A DNA stretch of 62,046 nt, filler included, from Nitrospinae bacterium RIFCSPLOWO2_12_FULL_45_22 (GTDB lineage Bacteria > 2-12-FULL-45-22): NCBI GenBank assembly GCA_001803565.1. It is 5 parts of 5 records of this genome, joined end to end, with 100 filler letters (N's around TTAATTAATTAA, not from the genome) between each part and the next. Parts side by side here need not be neighbours in the genome. Positions count along the whole stretch, not along the records: positions 56,422 to 62,046 come from MHDQ01000096.1; 4 more parts are not named here. One strand, written 5' to 3'. A program made the position numbers and the translations under genes. Below the pieces are notes generated by a model. The model did no database searches and was not told the DNA's origin. It saw only the letters and a list, made by a program, of their open reading frames with translations. This document shows, in pieces, positions 57,028-62,046 of this stretch (its first letter is position 1; each line of letters begins with the position of its first letter).

Positions 57028-59876
57028 TTACACTTTTTCAATCTCAACTAAAGTATCTCTATCATAAGAGCCGGGCTGCACATGGCCCTGGAAATAGACC
57101 AGGTGCCCATAATTACCAACAAGGGTAAGGGGTTTTATCGGGGTGGGGATAAGGAAATGTTCACTCATACGATTTTCGAATTGATATAACTCCCAGGCGT
57201 GGTCAAACCAAACCTGACCTGGTCTCATCATAGCTGCTACCTTAGCTATTGCCTTAAAGCTTGCCAGATCATTCCTGACTCTTACCCAATTACCGTCTTT
57301 TATTCCCCTCTGGTTAGCATCTTCAATACTTATCCAGATAGTTGGTTGTCCCCTGGTAAGCCTTAGCATCAACTTGTCATCTCTCCACATGCTATGGATA
57401 CTCCAGCGGGTATGACCGCCGGTAAATTTTAAAGGATATTTCCCTCCGGCATAAGGGGGTTCTTTATGAACTGGCAATTCCTCATTAAATTCCTGATACC
57501 AGTCATGATCAATATAGGCCTGTTGCCTCCCGGTCATGGTAGGCCAGCGTTTCTTTTCTTCGCGATGCTCTCCATAGGCAATTGCTACTTGATCTTTTAA
57601 AGGCCCCCTTACCCCATAAGGGGGGCCAGAGGCACCGGAACTCCTAAGCAAGGCAATCCCGTCTCTTTCAAGGTCTTTCACTTTTATCCCTTTTGTAGGA
57701 GTAGAACTGTCAAGGATATATTGGATCAGCTCCGTCTCATCCTCTTCACTTGTAAGGCTGTACTGTTTCCCGCCAACGGTTATATATTCGTCATAGACTC
57801 TGGTTAAATCTCTCTCTATACCAAGCACACCATCCTTGTACTTGGTAATATCCCTTTCTTTAGCCATCTCCTGGACTTTCTTTAAGATAAGCCCCATTAT
57901 TTCCCATTCTTTCTTTGACTCAAAAAGAGGAGGAACGGCCTGAGTGGAATAATTTATAAAAGGTACGTAACTTATGGGGTATTTGATCCCTCTCTTTTCG
58001 TACCACCCTGCCGCAGGAAGGATCATATCGGAATACAGGGCTGTACTATCCATCCTAAAGTTTATATTAAGAATAAAATCAGCATTCCCAAATAGATGCT
58101 TTAAGATTTGTTGTGGGAGCCGCCAGAATCGTAATACATTAACGCCACAACACAAGATAAACTTTGGCCTTTTCTCTGGGGCAGGGATACAGGGCATCCA
58201 CCCTTTTTTAACGGCTTCCTCTACATATTCGTTGATGGGCCTTTTAAGCCCTTGATTACTTACATATTCTGCCTTTCCGGAAATTTCATTAAAGCCAGCG
58301 TGATACCATTGATTAATAGTGCCCGGGCCCATGGTAGGTGCCCCGAAACCGTATCCATATGCTTTAGCAGCGTTATGCTTCACAATAGTTGGGAAGGAGA
58401 AATTTACCCAGCCCTCAAGGAAGTACCAGGTATTGCAGTAGAACCCACCACCAGGTTTTCCCATATGTCCTGCCAATGAGAGGATTAATATAGCAGCCCT
58501 ATTCATCAAGTCGCTATGATACCATTTATTAGAGCCCCAGCCAGAATTTATGCAGGCTGCTTTAGCCTTGACAAAGTCCCTGGCCATTTTAATAATGAGG
58601 CTACGCTTCACCCCGGTAATATTTTCAGCCTTTTCCGGTGTATATTTGGCCAAATGTTCTTTTAATTTCTCAAAAACGGTTGTGACCTTAACTCTCTTAC
58701 CATCGGGCAGGGTTACTTCATATATACCTTCCAAAGCAGGATCTATATCGGTTAAGACAATTTTATCGCTGGGCGAATCCATAGTCCCAGGCATTTCTTT
58801 TATGCCATTGCTCTTTAAGTCCCAGCAGTAATAGATATGGAGCTTCCCTCCAGGTTTTAGGTCGCTTTCGCGCAAAAATTTTCCTGTATCTAATCTTATC
58901 AGAATAGGCATATCGGTCTGTTCCTTGACAGATGCTGTATCATAAAGCTTTTCATTAACAATAACATTAGCCATACCCAGGAATAATGCTGCATCAGTAG
59001 CTGGCTTTAGATTAACCCATAAATCGGCATGAATAGAACTCGGGTTATAGTCGGGGGCAATAGAAACTACCGTTGCACCCCTATATCTGGCTTCTGTTAA
59101 GAAGTGGGCATCGGGAATTTGGGTAAGCATAGGATTAAATCTTGCCAGGATTATATAATCCGAAAGGAACCATTCATNNNNNNNNNNNNNNNNTTTGAAG
59201 TACCATCAACATGGCACTGTCCTATTGCTACGCCTGCACCCTGGTTTAAATCATTTAATGGACCCCAGTCATCAACCACGGTTCCTCCCAGGAGGTCGGC
59301 AAACCGATATTTGTTAACATGGGGGGATTGTTCATAATCGAGATTTGTCCCTTCTGGGAGGAAAATCTGTTCAGGACTGTGATTCTCTATAACATTTATA
59401 ATATTTTCCGCAATTTCTGTAATAGCTTCGTCCCATGATATCCTCTTCCACTTCCCTTCCCCTCTTTTGCCAACCCTCTTTAAAGGGTACTTTATCCGTG
59501 TTGCATCATACATTCTCTCGCTATAACATGCGCCTTTCTGACAACCCCGTGGATTAAAATCAGGAATAGTGGGATCACTTGGTAAAGGATATTCACCTGT
59601 TTGTTCCTCCCTCACTACAATACCATCTTTGACATAGGCATCAAACTCACAACCAGCCCGGCAGTTCACGGGCCAGTGGGTAACCTTGGCTATGCTATCC
59701 CAGGTCCATTCTTTCCTATAAAGGTCTTCCCATCCTCTATAAGGATATTGTCCTTGGTCTGAGCCTGTAGATGTTGTTGCTCCAACCCTTTTTATAGTAA
59801 GAGAATTTAAGTTTAACGTCAGACCCAATACTGATAAGCCCAGGCCTTTAATGAGTTCTCTCCTGGTTACTTCCAT
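57028..59876 (-). CDS. Tat-exported DMSO reductase family type II molybdoenzyme alpha subunit (EbdA/S25dA/NarG-like), interrupted by assembly gap
   Basis: TRRELIK Tat motif, WEDLYRKEWTWD, THWPVNCRAGC...NPRGCQKG, TQIPDAHF, SDMILPAAGWYEK, TGRQQAYIDH, GHTRWSIHS; both tracked ORFs are parts of one protein. Confidence 0.88.
59178..59193. other. Scaffold gap (16 N)
   Basis: N run without the linker motif. Confidence 0.97.
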
Positions 59877-59948
59877 GCAAAATATCTCCTTTCTTCCTTT
59901 GATTATTATCCCAAATTATATGCTAATTTTTGTAGTGGTCACATTTAG

Positions 59949-60370
59949 AGTAAATATTTAGTAAACCACGAGATTAAACAAGATTTTTCTCTTAATTTCT
60001 AAACTCCTGGCACCAAAATTTAATAGCAAGCCAACTCGCTTCTTTGTAGCCTTCAAATAATTCAAAAGTTGCGCTTCATCATTGTTAGTTAACCCAGATG
60101 TAGCTTTTATTTCTACTATCACACCATCTTCCACCACTAAATCAGGGGTATATTTCCTTGGAATTAACAAATCTTTATACCAGATATCTAATTCTTTTTG
60201 TGGCTCAAAAGATAATTTTCTTTGTTTCTGTTCCGTTATATCTTTATAAAGCCACTTCTCCTCATTATCTTGTGTAAATCTTGTGAAATCTTGTGGTTTC
60301 ATTCGGGTAAGCGCTTTCAGTAAGAATTTACAATCTTTTTGTCATTAACGTGGTTTACTAAGTATTTACT
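59949..60370. mobile_element. 422-bp element with 22-bp terminal inverted repeats carrying a GxxExxY gene
   Basis: AGTAAATATTTAGTAAACCACG (59949-59970) and CGTGGTTTACTAAGTATTTACT (60349-60370), 21/22 complementary. Confidence 0.65.
59958..60302 (-). pseudogene. GxxExxY (PD-(D/E)xK-like) protein with in-frame deletion of the GxxExxY segment
   Basis: LYKDITEQ joined directly to KQRKLSFEPQKE; retains PDLVVE..VIVEIK, AQLLNYLKAT, GLLLNFG. Confidence 0.8.
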
Positions 60371-61449
60371 TATTGGCCAGCAGTTGTTACCTTCTCCTTC
60401 CATAGTATCTGTCTTGCCAACCCTTCAGCCCGGACACTATCCTTGTCTTTCGCCTCCAGCAGGGCCCGTACAAGCTGGGTGAAGACCGTGGGACTCACTT
60501 CCATTTCCTGAGGAATGACCTTTTCCCCAACCAACCGCTGGATTACTTCGGCTAGCACCTCTAAGTCATACTGGCCAAAGTATATATTAGACAAGACATC
60601 GTTCAGAACCGCCGTAGGGTTGGTATATATGAGATGGCTGGCCTTTTTCAAGGCCGTGCGAAGACGGAGAGCCGCCTCTCCTCCCTCTATGCTCTGAAGA
60701 TAGCTCTCCTTGGCAACCAGAGAACGAACCGGTGGGGAAGAAGAGAAGCCAAGGGCTGCTGGTGCCAGCCGAAAACACACCCTGCCGTCATATTTCAGTG
60801 CCTGGCTGATCCCTGGTTCAGAGGTAAGCAGGATCTCTGGGGGCTGCTTGAGGCGAAAGAATTCCTTAGTATCTATCGTCTCATTCTGGATGGTTACATT
60901 CTCTTGCCGGGCAAGCGTTACCAGAAGCGTATGATACACCCCTCCTTCCTCCACATTGCTCTGTAAAGGATAAGGGTTCAGGGAGCCAAGATCCTTAGCC
61001 TCACCAAGCACTTGATTATTCTTGGTCACCCCCCAGAGGAGCATATGAGCAATGGGGGCGATCAAATGATACCCTTTTTCCTCCAAAAGGGGAGCCACGT
61101 CTACCAGGGCAACCTGGGCCTCTCCCTCGGCCAAGGAATCCAGGGCTTCTCTAGTCGAGGTTTTGCGTACAACTTCCAGGTGCAAAAACTCATCGGTAAA
61201 ATAGTTCTTCTTGAGGGCGGTGTCAAAAAGGACATCCGTAAGCCTCTGAGAATCCACCGCCACCGTGAGATTGATAATGGTCTTGACAACCTTCTCCTCC
61301 TTAAACTTCTCCTTTTCCCTCTTGCTCAGAAAAACGACGGCAAAAACCAGCACCACAAAAACCAGCGTAAAAATCCCCCCCACTATCAGTATACCGGTCA
61401 GCCGGCTGGCCCCCTCATTGTCGTCCAAGCTGCCGAAAATATGCTGCAT
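60370..61449 (-). CDS. Membrane-anchored protein with possible periplasmic-binding-protein (NMT1/SsuA-like) fold
   Basis: Single N-terminal TM; ALDSLAEGEAQVAL, LTSEP, ALKKASHLIYTNP resemble type 2 PBP motifs weakly. Confidence 0.5.
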   Translation of the reverse strand: MQHIFGSLDDNEGASRLTGILIVGGIFTLVFVVLVFAVVFLSKREKEKFKEEKVVKTIINLTVAVDSQRLTDVLFDTALKKNYFTDEFLHLEVVRKTSTREALDSLAEGEAQVALVDVAPLLEEKGYHLIAPIAHMLLWGVTKNNQVLGEAKDLGSLNPYPLQSNVEEGGVYHTLLVTLARQENVTIQNETIDTKEFFRLKQPPEILLTSEPGISQALKYDGRVCFRLAPAALGFSSSPPVRSLVAKESYLQSIEGGEAALRLRTALKKASHLIYTNPTAVLNDVLSNIYFGQYDLEVLAEVIQRLVGEKVIPQEMEVSPTVFTQLVRALLEAKDKDSVRAEGLARQILWKEKVTTAGQ

Positions 61450-61486
61450 TATGAAGCTCCTATAGTAATAAGCGTTATAAGGAAGT

Positions 61487-61553
61487 CGTCATTGCAAGGA
61501 GCGATAGCGACGAAGCAACCCCTTGAGATTGCTTCGCTTCGCTCGCAATGACG
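61487..61553. repeat. GTCATTGC-type palindromic REP-like element
   Basis: CGTCATTGCAAG...CGAAGCAA...TTGCTTCG...CGCAATGACG; a related half copy lies at 56986-57012. Confidence 0.72.
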
Positions 61554-61659
61554 GCCTATTGCATGTCAATTTATACTAAATTGATCCGAAAATCTGTCAT
61601 AGCTCGCATCGCCCCTTTAGGCATGAAGGTTTTTCAGAAGGTGGAATCAATTTGGTATA

Positions 61660-62046
61660 TCACTTGTAGGTGCGCAAAGTCTCAATATCGAAGTACTGGG
61701 CCTTGGTCCCGGTGCGGGACTCTTCAAAGTCAACATCCATCTGGATAAAGGTAAGGTGCCGATTGATAGGGTCCCAAATCGTTACTCCCCGCCACAGACC
61801 AATGCCGGTCCGGGGGCTCCAGTAGCGGACATCATCCCACCAGGCCCGCCAGAGGTTGCCCTTCTTATCGTACATCTCTGTCATCTGGACGTAGTAAAAC
61901 TCTTTATCTATCCACAGCAACCGTTTGCTGTACTGATACTTTCCTGTCTTGTCCCGCACCTCTAATATCCATACCGGCCGTAGTTCTGCATCAGCGCTCT
62001 TAAACTCACAATCGGTAAACACCAGCCCGCGATCCACCATCCCTCG
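61660..62046 (-). CDS. DUF1329 / LolA-like protein C-terminus, 5' truncated by window edge
   Basis: RPVWILEV, YQYSKRLLWIDKE, EMYDKKGNLWR. Confidence 0.78.
   Translation of the reverse strand, partial: RGMVDRGLVFTDCEFKSADAELRPVWILEVRDKTGKYQYSKRLLWIDKEFYYVQMTEMYDKKGNLWRAWWDDVRYWSPRTGIGLWRGVTIWDPINRHLTFIQMDVDFEESRTGTKAQYFDIETLRTYK

Noticed and set aside
59130-59200. Frameshift or split gene in the molybdoenzyme
   Set aside because: The frame change coincides with a 16-N gap of estimated size; flanks read DGTS...EWFLSDYII continuously if the true gap differs slightly.

Overview
This window is not one contiguous locus. It is five contigs joined by artificial 100-bp N44-TTAATTAATTAA-N44 linkers (29805-29904, 37010-37109, 44515-44614, 56322-56421), plus one 16-N gap (59178-59193). 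The source looks like a diderm anaerobic bacterium (Desulfobacterota-like gene content; taxonomy not proven). Contig 1: Wza/Wzc exopolysaccharide locus with tailoring enzymes, ending in a sulfate-activation module (TauE, cysD, cysN) that contains a highly divergent triosephosphate isomerase-GAPDH fusion. Contig 2: DsrE, double-cubane cluster reductase, exported double rhodanese, TlpA, TPR/beta-barrel. Contig 3: YCF48-like lipoprotein with MMPL/RND transporter, homocysteine methyltransferase module, vWA and LolA-like proteins. Contig 4: HdrA/MvhD/HdrD cluster with a selenocysteine HdrA-MvhD fusion (in-frame UGA plus SECIS-like hairpin), then an integron with a collapsed integrase and cassettes for an EcoRV-like R-M system, two TA pairs and a cell-wall hydrolase. 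Contig 5: Tat-exported EbdA/S25dA-like molybdoenzyme, 2-hydroxyacyl-CoA dehydratase-family subunit, DUF1329 fragment. The most striking unexplained structure is a pervasive family of inverted short-tandem-repeat arms (6-9 nt units). They bracket four-helix-bundle and GxxExxY genes, occur as empty or nested hairpins in many intergenic gaps, and have entered cysN in frame twice. All calls come from motif recognition by eye; no searches were run.
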